Part shown: positions 1 to 10,624 of the stretch, piece after piece
Position numbering within the stretch: position 1 is the stretch's first letter
Layout: the number at the start of each line of letters is the position of its first letter
Source: a virus
IMG/VR virus record: IMGVR_UViG_3300021425_003021
Coordinates: 32,001 to 96,000 of that record
Direction: 5' to 3' (one strand)
Length of the DNA: 64,000 bases
Translations under genes and position numbers: made by a program
The notes under the pieces: model-generated
Database searches by the model: none
The model's input: the letters and a program-made list of their open reading frames with translations, nothing else
Told to the model about the DNA's origin: nothing

Positions 1-3000
1 GCAGAAACTGCTTGGAGACGTAGTAGTGAATATCCATTTGCATTGTTAAAAGCAATTATGCTGAATCGTCCGGCGCAAGTTGTTGGAGTTGCATTTGATA
101 AATCAAGAATCAAAAGGAACATTAATGGACAGATTGTTTATCAAGGTGACGAAAGTAGAAGATTAAAATTATCAAATCTCAAATTTGTCAATAGCGACAC
201 AAGAAACAATGTCCTTACTGGCGGATTAGTAAATTACATTTATGATTATATGTCTAGCGATGTAACAACTCAGTACGAAAATTTTACAACAAAATTAACA
301 AATCTAAAACAAAAAATTGCATTTAAACTAGGCGGATTTGCCGACAAAGAAAAACTTAAATTAGTCCTTGATAGTAAAAATCCTAGCAATAAAGGAAATG
401 TATTTGTTCCATTTGAAAACTATAAAATTGACCTAATTGAAAGTTCTCCTCTACAAACTATTACGTACAGTGGAGTTATTATAGAAAAACAAACAAACGG
501 TTTTAAAATATCAGGATACGACAGAGAAAATCCTGTGTTTACATACAGTACTCCTATTGTTTCAAACAACGATATTAGTATAAATGTAGGCGGTATCAGC
601 GAAAGTTTCTTATTTTGGTCTGAGAATAAGCAATATGTTGCTGGAAAAATTGTTAGATACCAAAACAACTATTATAGAGTGAATATTAATCATACTACCG
701 CAGATGTGTTTGATCCAAGTTTTTATACTCCTTTAAAAGAGCTGCCTGTAATAGGCGGTGCTACTGGAACTTTGAGAAAAAATTTCAGTAATGTTACAGC
801 TACATTAGATTATGGAACAGTTTTATCAACAAAACAAGAAGTAGTAGATTTTATTCAAGGATACGATCATTATTTAAAATCGCAAGGCTTTGTTTTTGAT
901 TATTTTAATAGAGAAACAGAAGCTGTTGAAAATTGGGTTTTGAGTGTTAAAGAATTTTTATTTTATACTACACAAAACTGGGCAGTGGGCACAATTATTG
1001 CATTAAGTCCTGCTGCAAATAGTTTGAACTTCTTCAAAGAATATTATGTAATTGATAATGTAAAAGAAAATATTTTTAATTATAAAATTTTAAATTTAGA
1101 TGGAACAGCAATCAAGGATATTAATATTTCTATCAATAGAGACTCTGGTAACGCTGTGGAAATTTTGCCAGCTACTGCTGAGGATGGAATTTATTTTTGC
1201 AAGTTAGGATTGGTTCAAAAAGATCATTCTGTAATTTTAGACAACACCACAGTATTCAATGATACGATATACAGTCCGTCTAGTGGATATAGACAAGAGC
1301 GTATAAAAGTTGTAGGTTATAGAACAGACGAGTGGAATGGTAATCTCAATATTCCAGGATTTATTTACGATCAAGCCGATGTTACAGAATGGGAACAGTG
1401 GAAAGATTATGCACTAGGTGATTTAGTAAAGTATAAAGAATTTTATTATAGTGCAAACACATTTGTCAGTGGTTCTGCAGATTTTGAAATCAATAATTGG
1501 AATAGACTTGATGAGAAACCAGAAAGCGGATTAAAAACCAACTTTGATTACAAAGCCAATCAATTTGCTGATTTTTATGATTTGGATACTGATAACTTTG
1601 ATAGCGAGCAACAAAGACTTGCCCAGCACTTAATTGGATATCAAAAACGTGAGTATTTAAATAATATTATAGAAGATGATATAAGTCAATACAAATTTTA
1701 TCAAGGGTTTATACAAGAAAAAGGCACACTCAATTCTTTAACAAAATTGTTTGATAAACTAGGCAGCGCAGATAAAGAAAGTTTAGAATTTTACGAAGAA
1801 TGGGCAATTAGAAATGCACAGTATGGTGCTACTGATGTGTTTGACGAATTGGAATACAAATTAGATGAAACTAAATTCCGTATTGAACCTCAAATTATAG
1901 AATTAGTAAACACTGTCAATAACAATAGAACTGATTTGGTTTACGAAATTCCAGAATCAAAAGTTTATATCAAACCTGAAAATTATTCAACAACTCCTTT
2001 CCCTCAAAAATGGAGCACAGAAGAATATACAAAGACAGCAGGGTATGTTAGTTTAGATCAGGTTGATTTTATTGCAAAAACTCCTACTGATATTCTTGCC
2101 TTAGATATTAACAATGTGCGTATTGATGATATTATTTGGGTAACATCTGAAAAGAACAGTTGGAATGTGTATCAACACATTTTAGTACCAAACAGAGTTT
2201 TGAGTTTTACAAAAACTGATACAGGGTTTGATTTACAGTTTGATTCTATCCCTGAAATTGAAGCTGGTGAAATATTTGGTTTAAAATTTGTTGATGACGG
2301 AGTAGATGGTTTTTACAAAGCAGCGACAGTTTCAAGCACTGTCGTATCTGTAACAGCTGATGTGACTAGTGAAGATTTTTACGATTTAAGTGACAGTACT
2401 AATGGTGCTATTACTAAATTATTATCAAAACGTTATGATACTCCTGATGGTGTAAACAATGACCTAAACACTTATGGATTAAACAAAAATAATAAAATTT
2501 GGATAGACAATGTATCAGATAATAAATTTGGTGTATTTGAAAACAACAAAATTTTTGACGGAAAAGACGAAATTATAAATCGTGAAGCAGGCGACAGTGA
2601 CTTTGGCAGTTCTTTTGCAGTAAATGACGTTAACAGTATTTTTGCTGTAGGCAAGCCAGAAGATCAAAAAATTTACATTTACACTAGATCTAGCGAATCT
2701 TTGCGTTTGAACTTTATTCAAGAAATCGAAATGCCAGTGGGTTATCATGACAATGCTAGTGGATTTGGACAAAAAATTAAGTTTTCATACGATGGACAAT
2801 TTATGTTTGTTGCAGCACCATTGGCAAGCAATGTAAAAACAAAATACAAAGGCGAAGCAGAATCTGCATTTCCAATTCTAGCAGGCGATATTGTCAGTGA
2901 TAGAGGAACATTGTGGCAAGCAAAAGTTGATACCGAAGATGATAGTAGTAGTATAAATGTTAACAGCCAAGATTGGAAACAAGTTTATAAAATTCCAGCA

Positions 3001-6000
3001 GATGTAGACGGATCGTCTAGTGGTTTATCTAATCAAGGGGTTGTTTATGTCTACAAAAAACAATTAGACAATTCTTATTATTTACTAGAACAGTTTGTAT
3101 CAAACGAACCTACAGCAAATGAAAAGTTTGGTATAGGTTTGGAAACAGCATTTACTACAGACGAAATATACAAATTATATGTACGCAGTGAAGGAAATAA
3201 TGGCAGAGTTTACATATATGATACAACATACTTGAATCTATCTTTTGAAGGAACAGTGGATCCGCTATTTAGAGGATCGCACGATAATTTTCATTCTTAT
3301 GTAAAAAATGAAATAGTTCAATTCCAAAATTCATTATTTAGAGCATTGGTAGACATTCCATCAGGCGGGAACGATCCAACTGATATTACACTATGGATAG
3401 AAATAGAAGCAAACATTGACAGATTTGGGTTCTTGCCTTATAGCAACACTATTGAAGGTGACAACGATAGTACTGCATTTAACAACACAAATCAAGCAGG
3501 TAAAAATATTGATGTAAGTTCCAATGGAGAAGTGTTAACTTTTACTGCTTATAATACTGTAACAGAAGAATACCAGGTAAATGTATACAGAATAGAAGAA
3601 GGTAGGTATGCATTTTATGAAGTTATTACTGCGCCACAGACTGATATATTATGGGGCGAAAGTTTAGCAATTAGTGATGATGGAAAATATATTGCAGTAG
3701 GTGCAAATTCTGCCGATGTATCAAGTGATAGAAATACAGGAATTGACAAAGGTTTAGTTTACATTTACAAATACAATGATACTTCACTCAGTTTTGTTAA
3801 TACACAAACTTTACAAGCACCTAACTCTACAAAAAATGAAAGATTTGGTTATAAGCTAGATTTTAGCGATGACAAACTTTGTGTTATTGGCATAAATGGC
3901 TTAAACGTAGGAAGCACACTATTTGATAACGATGAAACAATCTTTGATAATAGATCAACTCAATTATTTGATTTTTCAACTAAGCGTCCACAAGCATACA
4001 CTTATGAATTATTAAATGACATTTATACAGTCTCTGAAGTTTTAGATTATGAATCTTACTATGAAGATCCGGTTACACTTCAGAAATTAGAAAGAGACTT
4101 GTCTTTAGCAGATGATGTAGAACTTGTGTATCAAAAAAATCATCTTTATTTAGGATTTAAAGGTTTAGATACAGGCGATAATAAAACTGGACTAATTTTT
4201 GATTTAAGAGCAGACAGAGATGTTACTAATTGGAATACTTTAGGTGCAGCAACTGATTTTCTTGATTATGAAAAAATGCGTGGTGCATTTTTATATGACA
4301 ATGTAACCAGCGACTTAATAACATACATCGACTTTATAGATCCTATACAAGGAAAAATTGCAAATGCTGCTGAACGAGAATTAAAATACAAACTGTATTA
4401 TGATCCGGCTGTATATAACATAGGTAGTACTTCGACAGGTTTGGTAAATCCATGGGGTAGCGAAAGTGTTGGAGATTTGTTATGGGATTTAAGTGCTGTA
4501 AAGTGGTATAATCCTTATCAGAAAAATAGTGAATATAGTGCAAATACTTGGAATAAAATAATTCCAGGATATAGTGTTGACATTTACGAGTGGGTTGAAA
4601 GCGATTTGCTACCAGAAGAATGGGACGAAATTGCAGATACAACAGAAGGTCTTGCACAAGGTGTTAGCGGACTTTCAAGATATGGAAATACACGGTATGT
4701 AAGAAAGAATGTTTACGATCCGATATCTGGATTATTTTCTGCAAAGTATTACTATTGGGTTAAAAATTCTAAAGTCTTGCCTGCTATTGAAACAAGAAAT
4801 CTTTCAGCATCTGCTGTTTCATCGCTAATAGAAGATCCAGCAGGCAACGGATATAGATTCCTTGCAATGTTTGGATCAGATAATTTTGCAATTTATAATT
4901 GTAGAAGTTTAATTAAAGACGAAGATACAATTTTACATTTTGAATATTATAAAACAGAAGAAGTAAAAATAAACAATTTGCATAGAGAATATAATCTTTT
5001 AACAGAAGGTTTAGCAACAAGTCAACCAAATGATAGATTGGTAAACAAATGGATTGATAGTTTAGTTGGTTACGATGAACAAAAAACATTACTACCAGTT
5101 ACAACACTAAGTCCGGCTAGAAGATATGGCATACTTGACCAGCCTTTGCAAACTATGTTTGTCAATAGAACCGAAGCACTAAAACAAGTTATTGAAAGAA
5201 TTAATTTAGTTTTAGCAAAAAATCTTATTGTTGACGAATATGATATTAGTAAATTAAGCAGTAAAGATCCTGTTCCTAATACTGTGTCTCGAGAATACGA
5301 TACTATTGTTGAAAACGAAACACTATTACGTTTTGTTGGAACATCTAAAATAAAACAAGCAGTGTTGGATGTAGAAATTACCGATGGCAGATTAACTAAC
5401 GTTGAGATTACTGAGCCTGGTAGAGGATATATTGACCCTGCATTTGATAGTACAAAAGATACAAAACGCAGAGGTCCTAAAGTAACAATTCAAGGTACAG
5501 GCACAGGTGCTAAAATAGAAACATTTATAAACAATCTTGGACAAGTTATTGAAGCAAATATTGTAAATGCAGGTAAAAATTATAGTAATACTACTGTGAT
5601 TACAGTCAGACCGTTTACTGCACTTATACAAACTGATACTACATTACTAGGTTTCTGGTCAACATATATTTGGAATACTACAGAAAAAGAATGGGTACGA
5701 GTAAACAACCAAGGATATGATGCAAGTTTATATTGGCAATATATCGATTGGTATGCCGAAGGTTATAGTTCAGAAACTGCAATTGATTATCTTGTTCCTG
5801 GTAGTTATGCACTTGGCGGACTAGAAGATAACTTAGGCGATATTGTAAAAATAGAAAGCATAGGCACAGGCGGTTGGTTACTGTTGCGTAAAATTGACAA
5901 TCAATTAGAAGTTGATTACACAGTTAACTATGAAACTATTGGTAGACAAAACGGTACGTTAGAATTTAGTCGTTTATTATACAGCAACGAAAAGTTTGGC

Positions 6001-9000
6001 TTTGATAAAGCAGTTTATGACAGTGCTTTGTATGATAGAGATGCTGGCGAAGAAGTGCGTATAATTTTGAATGCAATTCAAGACGATATTTTTGTTGATG
6101 AATTAGCAGTTGAATGGAACAAGTTGTTCTTTAGTAGTGTGAGATATGCACTTAGCGAACAACCTAATATAGATTGGATATTTAAAACTGCATTTATCAA
6201 AGCAAAACACAATGTTGGCGCTCTTGAACAAAAAACAACATATAAGAGTGATAGTTTAGAAAGTTACAATGAGTATGTTAACGAGGTCAAACCCTACAGC
6301 ACTAAATTAAGAGAATTTGTAAGTGCTTATGAAAATATAGATCCTACACAAACTGTAGTTAGTGATTTTGATTTACCTCCTCGTTATGATGTAAACGCTG
6401 CTAAAATTATTTCTGAAAATCCGCAGGTGATTGACAGCGAAATTAGGAACTACAGTTCTTTTGTAACCACATATCCACAACGTAACTGGTTTGATAATGT
6501 TGGTTTTGAAATTACAGATATTAAAATTATTTCAGGTGGATCAGGATGGACTTCTTCACCTAAAGTAACAATCAGCGGCGGTGGCGGTCCTACTATTACA
6601 GGTAGGACTACATTGAGCGGTGATAAAATCACAGGTATTGTTGTAGATACAAGTAAAGCCAAATACATAACAACTCCTGATATTACATTTAGTGGAGACC
6701 AAACTGACGGCACTGATGCTAGAGCAATTGCTTACTTAGGAAATTCACCTGTAAGATCAACACATATGTTGATCAAGTTTGACAGAATTACAGGATCGTA
6801 TTTTGTGACAGATCTTGATGTCACAGAAAACTTTGTCGGAACAGGATCAAAAATTGAATTTGTTTTAAAGTGGCCAATGAATTTAACACCTTCTAAGACA
6901 AAAATACTTGTTAATGGAGTTGAACAATTATCAAATGCCTATTCTGTAGAAAATGTATTAGATGACACAGTCAATTACACAAGATACTATGGTAAAATTG
7001 TGTTTACTGTTGCACCAGAAAATAATGCAGTTATCGTAGTTGAATATGACAAAGATGTCAACTATTTAAGTGCAGCTGATAGAATTAATTTCTTCTACAA
7101 TCCGGAAACAGGGCAATTTGGTAAAGAACTAGCACAACTTATGGACGGTGTAGACTATGGTGGTGTACAAATAGACACAGCATTCTTTGGAGGAAAAACA
7201 GGTTTTGACAACGGTGACTTGTTTGGTTCAACTGAATTTGATGTATTCAATGGCAACGCAGAAGATGAAATTTTCCTACTAGATGGAAGCACCAAAACAA
7301 TTACAGTAAGTGAACCTTTTGAATCTGGTGTTGAGTATAACATTTATTATAAATCTGCTACTGCCGGATTAAATGATAATCCGATAAGGATAGACGATCC
7401 GGATTACGGTCAACCTTCATTACAAAACGACGATGCTATCATGGTTACTATTGTAGGTGATGGAATAACCAGCACTTTTGAAATTGATGAAGATCAGTTA
7501 GTAACTAAAGATGGCGATACTATTATAGTTAGAAAAGCAACTAGTGATGGATCGGTTACACCATCTGGTGTAGTATTTGACACACAATTAACAGGTGGCG
7601 ATTTAACCAACATAGCTGGTAAATTTTCAACTGCAACTGGTATAGATTCGGGCGATATTGTAATTGACGGTGATGACTTTGTTTCTGCTGCTTCAAATCG
7701 TGGCCCTGAAGAAAATGTTCCAGGACAAATTTTAGATACAGTTGATATACAGGTTTTTGAACGTGTGAACAAAGGACAGGGTGCTATTACTGTACAAAAT
7801 TTCAGAACCGATGGTATAAGTGCAGAATATACTGTAGAAAATTTACCTGCAACACAAGACAGTGTTATTGTAAAATTAGACAATGTTGTTTTAGATCCAT
7901 CGCAGTATGAAATTGATTATGTAGAAAAAGTTTTAAGAATTAGTGATAGTTCTTTATTACCAGTTGGTAAACATTTATCATTGTTAACAATAGGTACAAA
8001 CGGATCTAATATCATAGAAAGTGATACATTTACAGGTGATGGTAGAACTGATACATTTATTACATATTACAAATTTGAACAAAATATAACAGCAGTTGTT
8101 GCTATAGACGGAGTAGTGACTACAAACTTTGCTTTAGACAAGTCAGGACCAGAATACGGAGATAATGCTAACAAAGTAATGATTATGTTAGGAGATCCTC
8201 CTGCACAAAACAGTATTATTACATATACATTGTACAACGGATCGGGTCAACAGTATAGTCAACTTGCAATTGATGATACATTTGATACCACTGTATCAAC
8301 TAATAGATCTCATACATTTGGTGTTAATGGTGCAGTAGCATTGCCATTTAATAAGAAACCATATAGTCATAATATACTTGTTAAGCAAGGTGATAGATTC
8401 TTAGATGCAGGGCATAGTATTAAACATACCATGACATCAGAAAGAGTATATGCAGTCGATAACTGGCAGTTTGAAGATCAGACTTCTATTAGACAAAATG
8501 ATGTATTAGTTTATATTAACGATAAAAAAATTGATCCTGTAAATTATGTTTACAGCACAATTGATGCTAGATTGGAATTAACAACAAGAGCAGTAGGTAA
8601 ACCTGGCGATATCTTAAAAATATATTTTATTAATAATGCAGAATATTTCTTTGTAGATACAGAGGTAAAATTGTCTAATGCAGGAACATTAGTTGATTAC
8701 GAACCTTTAGATCAAATTAATTTTGAACTTGGTGATAGTACAGGTGTTATTGCTACAGTGCAAGAATACAACAAAGTTAATAATGATGTTACTATTAAAT
8801 TACAAGGTTACGTAAGAGATTTGTTTATACTTGCAGACAAAGACGATCAACCTACTTTGTATTTCGATGATAGCACTAATTTTAAAATTGATAGTGTAAA
8901 AGTTGTAGAGAGTGATCGTTTGAGTCTCAAAGAAATACCCGACGAAGATGTTAAAATCTATGTATTCTCAAATCACGATACAAATGAGTTTGAAAGATTA

Positions 9001-9999
9001 AGTTTAAGAGTAAGATACAGTGATGCAAATGCACCAGTTGGTTCTGACAATTATATTGCAAAAAATCTATTATCAAGAGGCGAAATTCAATTAAACACAA
9101 AAATACCAGGTCCAGAATACGCCTGGGTATTTGTAAATGGCAAATTCTTAACTTCACAAAGTGATTACATTTTATCTGATAACAGAGAAATTATAATCCT
9201 AAGTGAACAACCAAATGAAAATGATTTAATTGAAGTATTGTACTTTACAGCAGATGTAAGTAATAAGAAATTTGCATTTAGAATATTCAAAGACTTGTTA
9301 AACAGATATCATTACAAACGAATAAACAGCAACAGAGAATATGAACTAGCAGCCGATCTTAATTGGTTTGATCTAAGTATTGTTTTAAAAGATTCTGAAG
9401 GTTTAGATGAACCAAACAAAGAACTTGCAATACCTGGCATTATTTTTGTAAATGGTGAAAGAATTGAATATTTTGTAAAACAAGGAAATGTCCTAAGACA
9501 ATTACGTAGAGGTACATTAGGAACAGGAATTAAAGAAGTACACGCAAAGAATAGCAGAGTATTCCATCAAGGAGTTAGCGAAACTATTCCGTATCAGGAT
9601 ACAACTTATACGCAACAATTTACAGGTGACGGTACACAAACAACATTTAATTTAAATTGGACACCTGCAAGTGTAAATGAGTTTGATGTATTTGTTGCAG
9701 GTACTAGATTGAGAAAAGCAACGCCAGTTGATCCAAATAATACAACAGCTGATTATAATTATTATGAATATAATCAAACATTAGATCAAGATAGTCCAGG
9801 CGGCGACGAAATAATAGCTGCCGAATTTACAGTTGAAAACAATGTTTTAACTTTAAATACAGCACCATTGGACAACACTGAAATAAAAGTTATTAGAAAA
9901 ACTGGAAAAATTTGGAATGACGATGGAGTAAGTTTAGCAAGTAGCAAAAATACCATTGCTAAATTCCTAACAGATAGCACATATAAGCTCGCCCGATAA
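1..9999 (+). CDS. Giant virion structural protein, baseplate-wedge-like (5'-truncated by window)
   Basis: Frame is open from base 1, so the true start is upstream. Contains W-x5-Y-x2-G-x2-V-x-Y repeats (CBM5/12-like), FG-GAP-like propeller repeats (FGSSFAV, FGQKIKF, WGESLAISDDG, FGYKLDF), GGSG-x-TS-x-P-x-V repeats and GDG-x-T-x2-F repeats typical of large myovirus baseplate proteins. Heads a structural gene run. Confidence 0.75.
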   Translation, partial: AETAWRRSSEYPFALLKAIMLNRPAQVVGVAFDKSRIKRNINGQIVYQGDESRRLKLSNLKFVNSDTRNNVLTGGLVNYIYDYMSSDVTTQYENFTTKLTNLKQKIAFKLGGFADKEKLKLVLDSKNPSNKGNVFVPFENYKIDLIESSPLQTITYSGVIIEKQTNGFKISGYDRENPVFTYSTPIVSNNDISINVGGISESFLFWSENKQYVAGKIVRYQNNYYRVNINHTTADVFDPSFYTPLKELPVIGGATGTLRKNFSNVTATLDYGTVLSTKQEVVDFIQGYDHYLKSQGFVFDYFNRETEAVENWVLSVKEFLFYTTQNWAVGTIIALSPAANSLNFFKEYYVIDNVKENIFNYKILNLDGTAIKDINISINRDSGNAVEILPATAEDGIYFCKLGLVQKDHSVILDNTTVFNDTIYSPSSGYRQERIKVVGYRTDEWNGNLNIPGFIYDQADVTEWEQWKDYALGDLVKYKEFYYSANTFVSGSADFEINNWNRLDEKPESGLKTNFDYKANQFADFYDLDTDNFDSEQQRLAQHLIGYQKREYLNNIIEDDISQYKFYQGFIQEKGTLNSLTKLFDKLGSADKESLEFYEEWAIRNAQYGATDVFDELEYKLDETKFRIEPQIIELVNTVNNNRTDLVYEIPESKVYIKPENYSTTPFPQKWSTEEYTKTAGYVSLDQVDFIAKTPTDILALDINNVRIDDIIWVTSEKNSWNVYQHILVPNRVLSFTKTDTGFDLQFDSIPEIEAGEIFGLKFVDDGVDGFYKAATVSSTVVSVTADVTSEDFYDLSDSTNGAITKLLSKRYDTPDGVNNDLNTYGLNKNNKIWIDNVSDNKFGVFENNKIFDGKDEIINREAGDSDFGSSFAVNDVNSIFAVGKPEDQKIYIYTRSSESLRLNFIQEIEMPVGYHDNASGFGQKIKFSYDGQFMFVAAPLASNVKTKYKGEAESAFPILAGDIVSDRGTLWQAKVDTEDDSSSINVNSQDWKQVYKIPADVDGSSSGLSNQGVVYVYKKQLDNSYYLLEQFVSNEPTANEKFGIGLETAFTTDEIYKLYVRSEGNNGRVYIYDTTYLNLSFEGTVDPLFRGSHDNFHSYVKNEIVQFQNSLFRALVDIPSGGNDPTDITLWIEIEANIDRFGFLPYSNTIEGDNDSTAFNNTNQAGKNIDVSSNGEVLTFTAYNTVTEEYQVNVYRIEEGRYAFYEVITAPQTDILWGESLAISDDGKYIAVGANSADVSSDRNTGIDKGLVYIYKYNDTSLSFVNTQTLQAPNSTKNERFGYKLDFSDDKLCVIGINGLNVGSTLFDNDETIFDNRSTQLFDFSTKRPQAYTYELLNDIYTVSEVLDYESYYEDPVTLQKLERDLSLADDVELVYQKNHLYLGFKGLDTGDNKTGLIFDLRADRDVTNWNTLGAATDFLDYEKMRGAFLYDNVTSDLITYIDFIDPIQGKIANAAERELKYKLYYDPAVYNIGSTSTGLVNPWGSESVGDLLWDLSAVKWYNPYQKNSEYSANTWNKIIPGYSVDIYEWVESDLLPEEWDEIADTTEGLAQGVSGLSRYGNTRYVRKNVYDPISGLFSAKYYYWVKNSKVLPAIETRNLSASAVSSLIEDPAGNGYRFLAMFGSDNFAIYNCRSLIKDEDTILHFEYYKTEEVKINNLHREYNLLTEGLATSQPNDRLVNKWIDSLVGYDEQKTLLPVTTLSPARRYGILDQPLQTMFVNRTEALKQVIERINLVLAKNLIVDEYDISKLSSKDPVPNTVSREYDTIVENETLLRFVGTSKIKQAVLDVEITDGRLTNVEITEPGRGYIDPAFDSTKDTKRRGPKVTIQGTGTGAKIETFINNLGQVIEANIVNAGKNYSNTTVITVRPFTALIQTDTTLLGFWSTYIWNTTEKEWVRVNNQGYDASLYWQYIDWYAEGYSSETAIDYLVPGSYALGGLEDNLGDIVKIESIGTGGWLLLRKIDNQLEVDYTVNYETIGRQNGTLEFSRLLYSNEKFGFDKAVYDSALYDRDAGEEVRIILNAIQDDIFVDELAVEWNKLFFSSVRYALSEQPNIDWIFKTAFIKAKHNVGALEQKTTYKSDSLESYNEYVNEVKPYSTKLREFVSAYENIDPTQTVVSDFDLPPRYDVNAAKIISENPQVIDSEIRNYSSFVTTYPQRNWFDNVGFEITDIKIISGGSGWTSSPKVTISGGGGPTITGRTTLSGDKITGIVVDTSKAKYITTPDITFSGDQTDGTDARAIAYLGNSPVRSTHMLIKFDRITGSYFVTDLDVTENFVGTGSKIEFVLKWPMNLTPSKTKILVNGVEQLSNAYSVENVLDDTVNYTRYYGKIVFTVAPENNAVIVVEYDKDVNYLSAADRINFFYNPETGQFGKELAQLMDGVDYGGVQIDTAFFGGKTGFDNGDLFGSTEFDVFNGNAEDEIFLLDGSTKTITVSEPFESGVEYNIYYKSATAGLNDNPIRIDDPDYGQPSLQNDDAIMVTIVGDGITSTFEIDEDQLVTKDGDTIIVRKATSDGSVTPSGVVFDTQLTGGDLTNIAGKFSTATGIDSGDIVIDGDDFVSAASNRGPEENVPGQILDTVDIQVFERVNKGQGAITVQNFRTDGISAEYTVENLPATQDSVIVKLDNVVLDPSQYEIDYVEKVLRISDSSLLPVGKHLSLLTIGTNGSNIIESDTFTGDGRTDTFITYYKFEQNITAVVAIDGVVTTNFALDKSGPEYGDNANKVMIMLGDPPAQNSIITYTLYNGSGQQYSQLAIDDTFDTTVSTNRSHTFGVNGAVALPFNKKPYSHNILVKQGDRFLDAGHSIKHTMTSERVYAVDNWQFEDQTSIRQNDVLVYINDKKIDPVNYVYSTIDARLELTTRAVGKPGDILKIYFINNAEYFFVDTEVKLSNAGTLVDYEPLDQINFELGDSTGVIATVQEYNKVNNDVTIKLQGYVRDLFILADKDDQPTLYFDDSTNFKIDSVKVVESDRLSLKEIPDEDVKIYVFSNHDTNEFERLSLRVRYSDANAPVGSDNYIAKNLLSRGEIQLNTKIPGPEYAWVFVNGKFLTSQSDYILSDNREIIILSEQPNENDLIEVLYFTADVSNKKFAFRIFKDLLNRYHYKRINSNREYELAADLNWFDLSIVLKDSEGLDEPNKELAIPGIIFVNGERIEYFVKQGNVLRQLRRGTLGTGIKEVHAKNSRVFHQGVSETIPYQDTTYTQQFTGDGTQTTFNLNWTPASVNEFDVFVAGTRLRKATPVDPNNTTADYNYYEYNQTLDQDSPGGDEIIAAEFTVENNVLTLNTAPLDNTEIKVIRKTGKIWNDDGVSLASSKNTIAKFLTDSTYKLAR

Positions 10000-10002
10000 A
10001 TA
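9996..10002 (+). promoter_or_regulatory. T4-late-like promoter box ATAAATA
   Basis: ATAAATA overlapping the stop of the giant ORF, 16 nt upstream of ATG 10019, with AAGG between them. Confidence 0.65.
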
Positions 10003-10018
10003 CAATAAGGATAGTATT

Positions 10019-10624
10019 ATGATAGAAAAAGAACAAAACGGTGTACATATAGAGGGTCATATTAAAATATTCAACCCTGAATCAGGATTTGTGTTTGTTG
10101 ATAAACGCAATGCAATTCACTATGAAAACATGAGTATTAGTTTAGCAGAAAGTCTAGGCAATATTGGACAAGGTTTTATCAGTGAAATGAGTTTTGGTAA
10201 TGGTGGAACCATTGTTGACCCAACTGGAATTATAACCTATTTGACACCTAATAGCACTGGAACAAATGCTAGTCTTTACAATCAAACTTATACAAAAGTT
10301 GTTGACAATAACAACGTTAATAATACTGATCCTACAAGAAATAAAATCGAAACTCGTCACGTAAGTGGTACAAACTACACCGATATTGTTATAAGTTGCT
10401 TGTTAGACTACGGTGAGCCTGATGGACAGGATGCATTTGATACTGCCGCAGACACTGAACAACAGTATGTATTTGATGAATTGGGATTAAGAGCTTATTC
10501 ACCAAGTGGTGCAGGTAGACTAATTACACACGTTATTTTCCATCCGGTACAAAAAAGTTTGAATAGGTTAATTCAAATTGATTATACTGTGAGAGTTCAA
10601 AGCCTTAGTGGAGGAAATAGTTAA
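10019..10624 (+). CDS. Virion/baseplate protein, tail-collar-fibre-attachment-like
   Basis: 201 aa. C-terminal FDELGL...LITHVIFHPVQKS...IDYTVRV pattern resembles fibre-attachment/baseplate domains; lies between structural genes. Confidence 0.55.
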   Translation: MIEKEQNGVHIEGHIKIFNPESGFVFVDKRNAIHYENMSISLAESLGNIGQGFISEMSFGNGGTIVDPTGIITYLTPNSTGTNASLYNQTYTKVVDNNNVNNTDPTRNKIETRHVSGTNYTDIVISCLLDYGEPDGQDAFDTAADTEQQYVFDELGLRAYSPSGAGRLITHVIFHPVQKSLNRLIQIDYTVRVQSLSGGNS